Below, piece by piece: positions 38,323-47,105 of a stretch of 64,000 bases of DNA. A program made the position numbers and the translations under genes. The notes under the pieces were generated by a model. That model had not been told where the DNA came from and made no database searches. It saw only the letters and a list, made by a program, of their open reading frames with translations. Every line of letters starts with the position of its first letter. Positions within the stretch are counted from its first letter, which is position 1. The DNA comes from an uncultured virus (IMG/VR IMGVR_UViG_3300017970_000189) (taxonomy: Duplodnaviria > Heunggongvirae > Uroviricota > Caudoviricetes), in the IMG/VR virus record IMGVR_UViG_3300017970_000189. The stretch is one strand, 5' to 3'.

Positions 38323-38832
38323 GAATCTTTTCTTCTCCGAGCAATCCGGGCACTTCGGATACCTATCCCCATACTTCTTCGAGATCTCCTTCCAGCTCGA
38401 CTCCCCAGGCTCCACCATGACGTGCCCCACCAGATATCCACATAGGCACGTCACCTTCATCCGCCGCGGATCCCGACGCCTCCCGCTCTTCCGGTCGCTC
38501 CCATGGAATTCTCTCTCCACCTCCAGCTTTTGCTCATCCTTGTACTCGTTAATCCGATCTCCCTCCCACCCATTGCAGGACCTCTGGCGATGGTTCATGG
38601 ATGGGGTATCCTTGAACCTTGCCATCCCTTTGAAGGAAGGATCGTAGAAGCACGCGCAGAGCGTCGTCTCCGCCCAGATCGAGCAGTCGGCCTTCTGCTT
38701 GGAGTACCACGGATGGACCCAGACGTAATTCCAGTTCCAGCCGTGCGTCGCCCAGTCGTGCTTCAAGCGCCGCATCCAGACGCACCGCGACCGCCAACGC
38801 CGTTGTGAACGGCGCATGCTCTTTTGGAGCAT
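38308..38832 (-). CDS. basic Cys/Trp-rich hypothetical protein
   Basis: 174 aa; C-terminal CLCG/CPDC; preceded by an attenuator-like leader. Confidence 0.6.
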   Translation of the reverse strand: MLQKSMRRSQRRWRSRCVWMRRLKHDWATHGWNWNYVWVHPWYSKQKADCSIWAETTLCACFYDPSFKGMARFKDTPSMNHRQRSCNGWEGDRINEYKDEQKLEVEREFHGSDRKSGRRRDPRRMKVTCLCGYLVGHVMVEPGESSWKEISKKYGDRYPKCPDCSEKKRFTRVG

Positions 38833-38930
38833 AAAACCTGTCCCTTCCGGACAGGCGGCCTGATAGCCTATTCCAGCAGGCGCCTGTCCTAAGCCATGAG
38901 GCTTGTAGACAGGTTCGAGAAGTGATTCAT
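38833..38930 (-). promoter_or_regulatory. leader peptide (MNHFSNLSTSLMA) with 1-2-3-4 attenuator-like element
   Basis: alternating CCTGTC/GACAGG segments at 38906-15, 38881-89, 38849-57 and 38837-43. Confidence 0.55.
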
Positions 38931-38935
38931 CGTTT

Positions 38936-39163
38936 TCATCCGATCTTCTTCAAGACGTCGAGCACTATCATACGCTCCTCGCCCGGCGTCTGTGGCGGAT
39001 CCTTGTGAAATTCCCTGGAAACCTCCTGGACGATCTCGACGGCCTTCTGGTGTTCAGCCTTCGATCCGCCCTGGATGTGGTAGTCCTTCCCCTTCGAGAC
39101 CCTGACCTTGTCTTCCGGATGAGTCCGAACCGCACCGAGAAAGAAGTACGACTTTGCCATCAA
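38936..39163 (-). CDS. hypothetical protein
   Basis: 75 aa, coupled to the upstream lipoprotein gene. Confidence 0.6.
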   Translation of the reverse strand: MMAKSYFFLGAVRTHPEDKVRVSKGKDYHIQGGSKAEHQKAVEIVQEVSREFHKDPPQTPGEERMIVLDVLKKIG

Positions 39164-39741
39164 GGCTTTTTCTCGGATGTCGGCGGCGTCGATGACGCGG
39201 GCGCTGGAGCCGCGGGCGCTGGAGTTGCAGGCGCCGGAGTCGGCGTCACTGGAGCCGGGCTGGGCAACCCTTCCGCCTGCTCGATCCCTTGAGCCAGACC
39301 CGTAAAGAACCCTACAGCCGCTCCCGCCGCCCGTGAACTTAGTTTGTCAGCCGGATTGGCGGGGAGAGGCAAACTGATGATCACCCCCTGGACCACGATC
39401 TCATATTCACTCAGCGTCGTGTTCTGGACCAGCGTGGAAACCTGCTGGATGAGTCCCGAGAGAACCGCCGAGGTCGGCGCGCCAGACAGCGCCGGGATGA
39501 CCGTATTCCGGAGGAAGCCGTCGATCTGGGTCGCATCGCCCTTGATCCGGGCCGCATCCTTCGGATACTTGGCCTGGGCCGCCGTAATGCCATACTTCGC
39601 GGCATAAAGCGCGCCTTCCTGAAGGTAAGCCGCAAGCTGAGCATCGCTCAGGCTGTCGAGCTTCGTCTCGAGCGCCGTGATGGCCTTGCAGCCGCTGGTG
39701 GAGAGGACAATCCCAAGAATACCGACCGCGAGAAGTCTCAT
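39160..39741 (-). CDS. putative lipoprotein
   Basis: MRLLAVGILGIVLSTSG-C lipobox-like; SD ggagg. Confidence 0.75.
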   Translation of the reverse strand: MRLLAVGILGIVLSTSGCKAITALETKLDSLSDAQLAAYLQEGALYAAKYGITAAQAKYPKDAARIKGDATQIDGFLRNTVIPALSGAPTSAVLSGLIQQVSTLVQNTTLSEYEIVVQGVIISLPLPANPADKLSSRAAGAAVGFFTGLAQGIEQAEGLPSPAPVTPTPAPATPAPAAPAPASSTPPTSEKKP

Positions 39742-39787
39742 ATTTCCTCCTATCTCTCCACCTAGTCTACTTCCAGACCTTCAAGAG

Positions 39788-39916
39788 TCAATGATCCTTT
39801 TTCCTCTTCCTGAACACCAGCATCCCGATCACGAAGCCCACCGCCAGGGCTCCAACCACCGAGATCACCGGATAGGCCGCCACCCAGACACTCAGGATGT
39901 CATGGAGCTTCCCCAT
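39788..39916 (-). CDS. 42-aa tail-anchored membrane peptide (not in ORF track)
   Basis: SD ggagg; MGKLHDILSVWVAAYPVISVVGALAVGFVIGMLVFRKRKKDH. Confidence 0.6.
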   Translation of the reverse strand: MGKLHDILSVWVAAYPVISVVGALAVGFVIGMLVFRKRKKDH

Positions 39917-39948
39917 AAGCCCTCCTTGATACCCTGATTATACAAGAT

Positions 39949-40031
39949 TGGTGGGCATGGAGGGATTCGAACCCTCACCCTTTCGGAGCCGGTTCTGAAC
40001 CGACAGCGTATACCAGTTCCGCCACATGCCC
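39949..40031 (-). tRNA. tRNA-Leu(CAG)
   Basis: loop TT-CAG-AA, V arm. Confidence 0.85.
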
Positions 40032-40038
40032 GAATTTT

Positions 40039-40115
40039 TGGTAGGCGTGGTGAGAGTCGAACTCACAAACATCCGATCTTAAATCGGGTCGCTATGCCAA
40101 TTCGCGTACACGCCC
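40039..40115 (-). tRNA. tRNA-Leu(TAA), short variable loop
   Basis: loop TT-TAA-GA; V loop only TGTTT. Confidence 0.82.
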
Positions 40116-40121
40116 GAATTA

Positions 40122-40206
40122 TGGTGGGCTCGGGGAGACTCGAACTCCCACGCCTTTCGGCGCCAGATCCTAAATCTGGTGCGTCTACCAATTCCGCCAC
40201 GAGCCC
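40122..40206 (-). tRNA. tRNA-Leu(TAG)
   Basis: loop TT-TAG-GA. Confidence 0.9.
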
Positions 40207-40291
40207 TGGTACCCGGGAGAGGACTCGAACCTCCACGCCTTTCAGCGTCCGCTCTTGAGGCGGATGTGTCTACCGGTTCCACCACCCGGGC
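40207..40291 (-). tRNA. tRNA-Leu(CAA)
   Basis: loop CT-CAA-GA; abuts the neighbouring tRNA with no spacer. Confidence 0.9.
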
Positions 40292-40307
40292 CTATCATAA
40301 TGAATTC

Positions 40308-40383
40308 TGGTGCGCTCGGAGGGGCTCGAACCCTCACATCCCCGGGTAAGAACCGGGTACGCTGCCACTCGCGTCCCGAGCGC
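40308..40383 (-). tRNA. tRNA-Lys(CTT)
   Basis: loop TT-CTT-AC. Confidence 0.85.
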
Positions 40384-40400
40384 ATCATTGTCAAATTTTT

Positions 40401-40477
40401 TGGTGCGCCCGGTCGGGCTCGAACCGACACTAATCCTGATTAAAAGTCAGGTGTCCTACCATTTGGACGACGAGCGC
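40401..40477 (-). tRNA. tRNA-Lys(TTT)
   Basis: loop CT-TTT-AA. Confidence 0.88.
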
Positions 40478-40506
40478 ACATCAGGGATCCCGTTTGCCAT
40501 CGCGTT

Positions 40507-40695
40507 TCATACGCGGCCTCCTTTCTCTTCATGGAATTCGTGACAGTTCCCACAGTACCGCTGACGGACGTCTTCCGGATGATGGCTCGTCATCCCACAA
40601 GCCCTGCATTTGATCGCCTTCCCCCCGTCGAGGATGACGAACCGTAACTCGACGGGGGGAGAAGCGGTCTTCTTCTTGAACCGCCACCATCCCAT
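40507..40695 (-). CDS. small Zn-finger protein
   Basis: CRACG..YCGNCHEFH. Confidence 0.65.
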   Translation of the reverse strand: MGWWRFKKKTASPPVELRFVILDGGKAIKCRACGMTSHHPEDVRQRYCGNCHEFHEEKGGRV

Positions 40696-42015
40696 CTAGT
40701 CGTTGCCTTTGATACAGGCGACGGGACGGAGACGGTGAGCCACTCTTGCCAGCTTGGCCTGCTCCAAGGTCGCCAGGACCGCATCCAGGCTCTTGTAGCA
40801 GGGATCCGATTCGTCGATCGGGGTATTCCTCGTGTTGATCAGGATGTCGGCTTCGGCCATCTCCCGGTCGATCTTTTCCTGATCGAGCGTCCGAGCGGCC
40901 GCCTTCCGGCCCAGGACCCGGCCCGACCCATGATTCACCGAATAGCACGACCGTTCAGCCTGCGGAAGGGCGTAGAGAATCGCGGATCCCTTCTTCATCG
41001 AGCCAGGGATCAGGATCGGATGGCCATCAGCCTCCCACGGAGTTCCGGTCAGCATCTTGTGGCCGGCCGGGAATGCCCGGGTCGATCCTTTCCGGTGGAC
41101 GAGGAATCCGTCCTCTTCCTGGATCAGGTTGTGCGAGATCTCGTAGAAGATCTTCGCTTCTCCTCCAAAAACGTCCATCAGGGCGTCGCAGACCGCTTGG
41201 CCAACCAGGATCCGGTTGGCGATCGCGAAGTTGGCGGCCTGGTTGTGGAGCGACCAGTAGCGCCGGCCGATCTCCGAATCCCGGTAGAACCAGCCCATCT
41301 CCCGATCCTTCCCCTGAAGGCCCAGTAGGCTCGCTCCTTCCTCGAAGTAGTGGTCGGCGATCCCGTGGCCATAACCCCTGGACCCCGTGTGGATCATGAC
41401 CCAGACCTTCCCGGTCGTGTCTTCCACCTGCATCTCGCAGAAATGGTTTCCCCCTCCGAGCGATCCGAGCTGATTCTTGCCCCTTGCCGCCTTGTCCGGC
41501 AGCTTGATCTCCTGATCGACCGGGATGTACTCCCGTTCCGTATAGCCCGGCAGGCGACCCATCGCCTTGGCGCCAAACTTCACGATCTCGTCGAAGGAGA
41601 CCTTCGGCTTGATCTTGCCACACTCGCCTTTTCCGATCCCGATCAGACCCGTCACCTTGTTAATCCAGGCCCGGCGTTTCACCTTGTCAGCCACCTGGTC
41701 GGCCGTCAAGGTCGTCTCGAGCTGGACCATCCCGCAGCCGATGTCATACCCGGCCGCCGTGGGCAGGATCGTCGTGTCGGTCACGATGACGACACCAATC
41801 GGCACCCCATAGCCCTGGTGCGTGTCGGGCATCACCGCCACTTTGACGACGCCCGGAAAGTTCGCCGCAGCCGCCATCTGCTCCCAGGCCGACTCCTCGC
41901 TCGCCTCGTACAGTTCCTTCGAGAGGAAGACATCGACCGGAACCTTGAGATCCGGTGCCTTCGGAAGGATGTAGTGGCCAGGACCTGAGTATTCGGCGCG
42001 TTTCTTGAATGACAT
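40696..42015 (-). CDS. rtcB: RNA ligase RtcB
   Basis: MPDTHQGYG, GYDIGCG, GGGNHF, HTGSRG, SHN, HRKG, HGSGR; start reassigned to MSFKK. Confidence 0.95.
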   Translation of the reverse strand: MSFKKRAEYSGPGHYILPKAPDLKVPVDVFLSKELYEASEESAWEQMAAAANFPGVVKVAVMPDTHQGYGVPIGVVIVTDTTILPTAAGYDIGCGMVQLETTLTADQVADKVKRRAWINKVTGLIGIGKGECGKIKPKVSFDEIVKFGAKAMGRLPGYTEREYIPVDQEIKLPDKAARGKNQLGSLGGGNHFCEMQVEDTTGKVWVMIHTGSRGYGHGIADHYFEEGASLLGLQGKDREMGWFYRDSEIGRRYWSLHNQAANFAIANRILVGQAVCDALMDVFGGEAKIFYEISHNLIQEEDGFLVHRKGSTRAFPAGHKMLTGTPWEADGHPILIPGSMKKGSAILYALPQAERSCYSVNHGSGRVLGRKAAARTLDQEKIDREMAEADILINTRNTPIDESDPCYKSLDAVLATLEQAKLARVAHRLRPVACIKGND

Positions 42016-42062
42016 GATTTTCTCCCTCGCTCGGCAAGAGTGTACCACGCTTACCTTGAAAC

Positions 42063-42136
42063 TGGCAGCCCGCACCGGACTCGCACCGGTATCTTCGGTT
42101 TGAAGGACCGAGATTCTACTCTTAAACTAGCGGGCC
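42063..42136 (-). tRNA. tRNA-Glu(TTC)
   Basis: loop CC-TTC-AA; T-loop TGCGAGT. Confidence 0.8.
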
Positions 42137-42139
42137 AGA

Positions 42140-42445
42140 TGGACGCGCGCTATAAGCCGGGTCCTGTTCCCATTTTCGGGGCGGAAGTCATCAATCTAGA
42201 CCGTGCCTTGCGACACAGCTCAAGCAGCCTACCCGCACGCGATCACGGTCGAGCCAACCCGCGTGCCTATTTGGCTTTGCTCCAGGTGGGGGTTGCCGCG
42301 TTTCACCCCTATCTCTTTCGAGATAGGACTCGTCTCTGTGGCCCTGTCCATCGGCTTGCGCCGTGCGGCCGTTAGCCGCCACCTTGCTCTATGGAGCCCG
42401 GACTTTCCTCCGACCTTGCGGCCGGCGACTTCCCGCTGCGCATCC
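42140..42445 (-). ncRNA. rnpB: RNase P RNA (bacterial A-type, compact)
   Basis: GAGGAAAGTCCGGGCT ... GGGTGAAACG ... ACAGGACCCGGCTTA; terminal P1 pairing. Confidence 0.93.
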
Positions 42446-42451
42446 AAATTT

Positions 42452-42527
42452 TGGCACCTCGCACGAGAGTCGAACTCGTATTTCCGCCTTGAGAGGGCAG
42501 CGTCCTAAGCCGTTAGACGAGCGAGGC
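42452..42527 (-). tRNA. tRNA-Glu(CTC)
   Basis: loop CT-CTC-AA. Confidence 0.88.
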
Positions 42528-42542
42528 TTATTGAAAGATAGG

Positions 42543-42782
42543 TTAGAGCCACCACCAACGGTTCCAAAAAAGCTCCCGTCGCTTCGGGTCAAAGGTGATG
42601 AGCCCAACGAATCCGATGACTAGAACTGAGGCCCCCGTAATCCATATCCAGGAAGGAATAGTATCTATCTTCGCTGGTGGCGGAACAGGGACTACCGGAG
42701 GGACTGCCTGAGCGATTTTAGGCGCTGGTCTTTCCAAACCTATAAGCTTCACCTGACCAAGAAAAGGCTGAAAAGGAATCAT
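42543..42782 (-). CDS. small TM protein (FLGQ motif)
   Basis: Pro linker and TM. Confidence 0.65.
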   Translation of the reverse strand: MIPFQPFLGQVKLIGLERPAPKIAQAVPPVVPVPPPAKIDTIPSWIWITGASVLVIGFVGLITFDPKRRELFWNRWWWL

Positions 42783-42788
42783 GACTTC

Positions 42789-43772
42789 TTATCTCTTTCT
42801 TCCCATTACCGGTGCGGCCGGCCTGTTCCATAGTCCGGCAGCCACCGAGACAACCCCTCCTACCACAAGCACTCCAGCTCCAATCATAAACCATTTGATG
42901 AGATTTATATTCGGCGTCCAGATCTTTCCGATTTGAGTGATGGCATCGGTGAATTCTTTTGCCTTGGAAGAATTTGTTGTCTTCAAGGCCTCAAGGACAT
43001 TCCCAAAAGCGGAATCCCCGAAGACGCTCTCCACCGAATCACCGATAGCAGTCGCTGATGGATAGACCGCAAGATTCCCATTCTGAAGGATCCCCACTAG
43101 CCACAAGCCCACCTGATCAATAAAGACCATGTAGCTCGAGAGCTGAGAACCTGGATTGGCTACCACGGAAGCCACTTCCTTAAGGTCCGAAAGAATGCTC
43201 GTATTGCAAAGGTTCCCGAAGTCCAGAATCTCCGTCATCCCGGCCTGGATGGGCCCCAGTGTCCCGGTCTGCACACAGTCGAGCGTATTATCCGGCCGTA
43301 GGAAAGGACTCATCCCCCGTACTTCGGTCGTGAACCTCTTGGGGAGGATATTAATCTCCATCGCATTCAACAGGTTCCGGATGCTCGACATGAAGTTCGG
43401 GAGCGAAAGCTGTTCGCTGAGCGCGATGAGTCCATTTGATGCGCTGATGAACCCAGCCCGGTTCGAATTCGCATTGATCACGGCCAGCGTCCTAGGGTCC
43501 GTCACGAACTCCCGAAGCTCATAAGCCGAATAGGCGATCTTTTCCCGAATACTCCAGAGGAGGTTCGCCACCTTGAAGGCCGCAACGGCGCTATCCTGCG
43601 CCCATGGCATATTCTCCCAATCGGCCTGCTTGACCACGCTCGGGATATCTCCGATCGTCCGAGTCATCGCATCGATCTGGGGAAGTGCCTGACCCAGGCT
43701 TTGGGATCGATTCCAACCTGAGGTCCAGAGTGGGAGAAGATTCTCGACCCGCATACTACTCTTTGACGGCAT
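42789..43772 (-). CDS. membrane protein (SLGQ; C-terminal VMGRKR), paralog of 43756..44802
   Basis: WAQDSAVAAFKVANL, EINILP; C-terminal TM. Confidence 0.75.
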   Translation of the reverse strand: MPSKSSMRVENLLPLWTSGWNRSQSLGQALPQIDAMTRTIGDIPSVVKQADWENMPWAQDSAVAAFKVANLLWSIREKIAYSAYELREFVTDPRTLAVINANSNRAGFISASNGLIALSEQLSLPNFMSSIRNLLNAMEINILPKRFTTEVRGMSPFLRPDNTLDCVQTGTLGPIQAGMTEILDFGNLCNTSILSDLKEVASVVANPGSQLSSYMVFIDQVGLWLVGILQNGNLAVYPSATAIGDSVESVFGDSAFGNVLEALKTTNSSKAKEFTDAITQIGKIWTPNINLIKWFMIGAGVLVVGGVVSVAAGLWNRPAAPVMGRKR

Positions 43773-44802
43773 GGATGAAGGAGGTAACCAGCCAAATCCC
43801 GACTAGCCCAGCAACTCCAATTCCCACGTACATCAAGACATCCTTGGTATTATCTGATGGAGGATTCCAGAAACTATTGTTTTTCATCACATTCCCCCAG
43901 CATACTTCTGCCAGCTTTGGGGGCAGCGAATTACATAGCTTCTGGATCCTCTCCATCGTATCGGGATCCGTGACAGGAGGCTGGGCAGCTTGCTGGCCAG
44001 ACTTAATCGTGGAACTCACCACCCAACTAATAAAGACCGCAGCGACCGCGATGATCGCAATGGCTGAGAGCGTCAGTGGGTCCATCCCGAGCGACGGGCC
44101 TGCCAGCTTGATCTCCGGCGCAATATCTTGAACTTTTGCGGTCGCAGTCTTAAGCGCATCCATATCGCTTACGACATCGGTCTGCGAGAGGTCCCCGAAG
44201 TTGATGACCTCGTTCTTTCCGGCCGACGTGTCGGTGGATACTGAGTCGAGAATCGCTGGAATCCCGCTGTTTCCTGCCCTGAAGAGCGGACGGATACCCT
44301 TCACCCCTACGTTCCACTGGGGAAGAATGTTTACCTCGAGAGCCTGCTGAAGATTCTTCGTGGAGGCCATCGCATTGGGAAGTGTGGCCCTTTCAAGCAG
44401 ACCATTCAGAGTCGTGATCGTTTGGGAGAGCGCAGGAGCGGCTCCAACTTTCGTCATCGCTGCCAGCACAGTCGGCTGGGACTCCATCTGCGTGAAGACC
44501 GACCTCGAAAATGCAAGCTTCTCCATCAACGCTTGGACGAGGTTCGCCAAGTTAAAGGCAGCAATCGCCTGATCCTTCGTCCAAGCCTGATTTACGAATT
44601 CAACGACTGAAATGACTCTCGGAAGATCTTGAGGCGATGGAGGCGGGGCTTCCTGTCCCAAGATCCGGGGCATTACGAATGGCTGTTTCCTCGTTCCTGC
44701 AAGTCGGACAGGCCCCAAAAAGGCTGGCTCCCAACCCTGAGCGGATGGCCATCCGAGGGCCAATCTGAACACGAAGCCTCCGTCAGAAAGTTCGAGCCGC
44801 AC
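43756..44802 (-). CDS. membrane protein (ILGQ), paralog of 42789..43772
   Basis: WTKDQAIAAFNLANL, EVNILP; two TMs. Confidence 0.75.
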   Translation of the reverse strand: MRLELSDGGFVFRLALGWPSAQGWEPAFLGPVRLAGTRKQPFVMPRILGQEAPPPSPQDLPRVISVVEFVNQAWTKDQAIAAFNLANLVQALMEKLAFSRSVFTQMESQPTVLAAMTKVGAAPALSQTITTLNGLLERATLPNAMASTKNLQQALEVNILPQWNVGVKGIRPLFRAGNSGIPAILDSVSTDTSAGKNEVINFGDLSQTDVVSDMDALKTATAKVQDIAPEIKLAGPSLGMDPLTLSAIAIIAVAAVFISWVVSSTIKSGQQAAQPPVTDPDTMERIQKLCNSLPPKLAEVCWGNVMKNNSFWNPPSDNTKDVLMYVGIGVAGLVGIWLVTSFIHAVKE

Positions 44803-44904
44803 CGACGGAAGGGGGAGGGAATGGATTCCGTACGACCCTAGAGGAAAGTTTAGCCCCTAGGCTCCTTAAAAACAAGATTTATCGTAGGGCCAAATTTCAT
44901 GCCC

Positions 44905-45198
44905 TCAAAAAACATCCTTGTGCTTGATGATCGTCACCATGAGAGGACCATCCCGGGTATCGATGCTCAGCTTCGCTCCGCTGCTCTTCGCAGCCTGAAG
45001 CAAAACCTCCAGAGCCTCCTGGTCGATGACCAGCTCGCGCGAAGAAAGCTGGATGTACACTCCAGTCGCTTTGTGAACATAGCCCACTTCAGGCTCCTCG
45101 AAGTGGCCCAGCACCTCCTTCAGCTTCTCCAAAATAGGCGCTGCTTGATCCAGAAGCTGAGTCGTCGACCCTTCCCAGCACCGGCGAATGTTCACCAT
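44905..45198 (-). CDS. hypothetical protein
   Basis: SD ggagg before ATG 45198. Confidence 0.55.
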   Translation of the reverse strand: MVNIRRCWEGSTTQLLDQAAPILEKLKEVLGHFEEPEVGYVHKATGVYIQLSSRELVIDQEALEVLLQAAKSSGAKLSIDTRDGPLMVTIIKHKDVF

Positions 45199-45234
45199 GG
45201 CACACCTCCAGGACAATTATACCCGATTGAAACT

Positions 45235-45309
45235 TGGTACCCCCGGAAGGAATTGCACCTTCACTTCTGAGGTAGAAGCTCAGCGCGCTATCTGTTACGC
45301 GACGGGGGC
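45235..45309 (-). tRNA. tRNA-Arg(TCT)
   Basis: loop CT-TCT-AC; T-loop TGCAATT. Confidence 0.82.
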
Positions 45310-45311
45310 AT

Positions 45312-45959
45312 CTATGCCCGGAACCGCACCACGCCATCGATGTAGAAAAACCCTGCAAACTGCTCCCAGATCTTTCCACGAGCCAGAAATTTCCTTCGAT
45401 GATTCACCGGCATCCGAGGCGGCACACTGACCGCCAGGACGCAATTCTCCTTCATGCTCCCCGTCCCCCAGCAGTGCGCACAATGGTCTGTATCCACGTA
45501 CCCCCTCATCCCGCACGCCCGGCATCCCTGCCCATAGCAAAGCACGCAGGTATTGTTCATCGGCCGCCGAAGCCTTCCCGACCCGCGGCAATCCGGACAC
45601 TTCCTCTGCCGGGTCAGCGACACCACCTTCTCACACCCCTCCTCAAGCTCCTTCGTATCCAGATCCAGCTCCACGCACATGTCGACCACCGGATAAACCT
45701 GAGCCGACTGGGCCTTCGTCTGAGGGGGCGTCTTGAAGGGGCTGTTCTTGACGAAATCGTACTGGTGACGTCTCTCGACATCGACCAGGATTTCGTAGGC
45801 CTGATTGATGTCCCTGAACTTCCGTTCCGCTTCCTTGTTTCCAGGATCGCGATCCGGATGATACTTCAGGGCAAGTTTTCGGTAAGCGGCGCGAATCTCG
45901 TCAGCGCTCGCTCCCTCTCTCACCCCGAGGAGTTCGTAATAGTCCGACCTCGAGTTCAC
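45312..45959 (-). CDS. dnaJ: DnaJ-family co-chaperone (J domain and CxxCxGxG Zn fingers)
   Basis: [12 protein letters not shown], four CxxCxGxG-like motifs; probable GTG start. Confidence 0.85.
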   Translation of the reverse strand: MNSRSDYYELLGVREGASADEIRAAYRKLALKYHPDRDPGNKEAERKFRDINQAYEILVDVERRHQYDFVKNSPFKTPPQTKAQSAQVYPVVDMCVELDLDTKELEEGCEKVVSLTRQRKCPDCRGSGRLRRPMNNTCVLCYGQGCRACGMRGYVDTDHCAHCWGTGSMKENCVLAVSVPPRMPVNHRRKFLARGKIWEQFAGFFYIDGVVRFRA

Positions 45960-45999
45960 GAACGGATTATAACTCAATCTGTCAGCGAACAAAAAAGAT

Positions 46000-46085
46000 T
46001 GGCACCACGGGCAGGATTCGAACCTGCATACTCTTTCGAGCGCCTCATTAACAGTGAGGTGGGCTACCAGTTACCCGACCGTGGT
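46000..46085 (-). tRNA. tRNA-Asn(GTT) with long variable arm
   Basis: loop CT-GTT-AA, G73, V arm CGCTCGAAAGAGTAT. Confidence 0.82.
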
Positions 46086-46086
46086 A

Positions 46087-46160
46087 TGGAGCCGAGTGCG
46101 AGAATCGAACTCGCGTCTGCCGTTTACGAAACGGCCGTTCTGCCATTGAACTAACGCGGC
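46087..46160 (-). tRNA. tRNA-Thr(CGT)
   Basis: loop TT-CGT-AA. Confidence 0.88.
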
Positions 46161-46198
46161 CTTTTCTTACCAATGAACATCGCGTAGAATTACTGCAT

Positions 46199-46447
46199 AT
46201 GGATCCGGGAAAGATCGCTCAATTCGCCAGGATCTACCGCGTCTTCGACCCCTTCCGCATCCTTCGCCCCAAACTCCCTCTCACCCATCTCCCCAACAAC
46301 CTCCCCTTCTTCAAGCCCACCCAGGGCCCCGGCACCGGCCCAGGCTCCGGCGGCGGCAGCATCGCCGCCCTCCGACTCCCCATCCTAGGCCCTGTCCCAG
46401 GCCAGAATGAAGTCTTCCCCATCCCTCCGCGACCGAACCCGATCTGA
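46199..46447 (+). CDS. Pro-rich hypothetical protein
   Basis: fills the inter-tRNA gap; TAGAAT just upstream. Confidence 0.45.
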   Translation: MDPGKIAQFARIYRVFDPFRILRPKLPLTHLPNNLPFFKPTQGPGTGPGSGGGSIAALRLPILGPVPGQNEVFPIPPRPNPI

Positions 46448-46451
46448 TCTT

Positions 46452-46526
46452 TGGAGGGCGCGGCGGGTGTCGAGCCCGCTCATGACGGTTTTGCAGACCG
46501 TCGTGTTCCCGTTTCACCACACGCCC
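46452..46526 (-). tRNA. tRNA-Cys(GCA)
   Basis: loop CT-GCA-AA, U73. Confidence 0.85.
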
Positions 46527-46534
46527 CTGATTTT

Positions 46535-46608
46535 TGGTAGCGGGTTACGGAGTCGAACCGTCTCGCCAGGCTTATGAGACCCAGCCAGCCCCACGGCTTA
46601 AACCCGCA
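46535..46608 (-). tRNA. tRNA-Met(CAT), atypical
   Basis: loop CT-CAT-AA; weak D and anticodon stems; CCA end. Confidence 0.65.
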
Positions 46609-46614
46609 GTATTT

Positions 46615-46728
46615 TGATGCATGGCTACACGAATCGAACGTGCGCGGATATATCCAACGCTTTGCGGCATTAGAGTCCGGATGACCCCCATCTCCCGACG
46701 CGCAAACGCCGGGGGCCATCAGCCACGC
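46615..46728 (-). ncRNA. tRNA-like RNA (8-bp acceptor, T arm, greatly extended D region)
   Basis: GCGTGGCT/AGCCATGC stem; GCACG-TTCGATT-CGTGT; 3' end ATCA. Confidence 0.55.
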
Positions 46729-46734
46729 GAATAT

Positions 46735-46811
46735 TGGTAGCGGGGGCAGGATTCGCACCTGCGACCTCCAGGTTATGAGTCTGGCGAGCTACTGGGCTGC
46801 TCCACCCCGCA
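46735..46811 (-). tRNA. tRNA-fMet-like (CAT)
   Basis: GCGGGGTGGAGCAG body, 1:72 mismatch, loop CT-CAT-AA. Confidence 0.85.
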
Positions 46812-46880
46812 GTATTTTGTCCGGTGAACGGGGTCGTCGTGCTGGGCACGCTATCCTGACCCTTCTGCCGGGAATAATTT

Positions 46881-47010
46881 TAGGATCCCCAGGCCGGGAT
46901 TTGCACCCGGAACGGAAGGCGACTCCGTTTCTTTCGTCCCTATTGTACCCACGCCCATCTCAGGTATCGTCGAGACTAGACACCCGTTTACGTCGGTGCC
47001 TCCTGGGGGA
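46881..47010 (-). ncRNA. tRNA-like RNA with extra arms
   Basis: CCCCAGG/CCTGGGG acceptor; CCGGG-TGCAAAT-CCCGG T arm; 3-4 internal hairpins. Confidence 0.5.
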
Positions 47011-47014
47011 ATTT

Positions 47015-47100
47015 TGGCGGAGAGGACAGGACTCGAACCTGCATGCCAGTTACGGCGCGTCTTTAGCAAAGACGTGGCTTACCAATTAGCCTACCTCTCC
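47015..47100 (-). tRNA. tRNA-Ser(GCT)
   Basis: loop TT-GCT-AA, V arm, G73. Confidence 0.88.
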
Positions 47101-47105
47101 AAAGC

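Noticed and set aside
46615..46728. Amber suppressor implying genome-wide TAG recoding
   Set aside because: The anticodon arm is weak and there is no CCA; many genes end in TAG right before the next start and none looks fragmented
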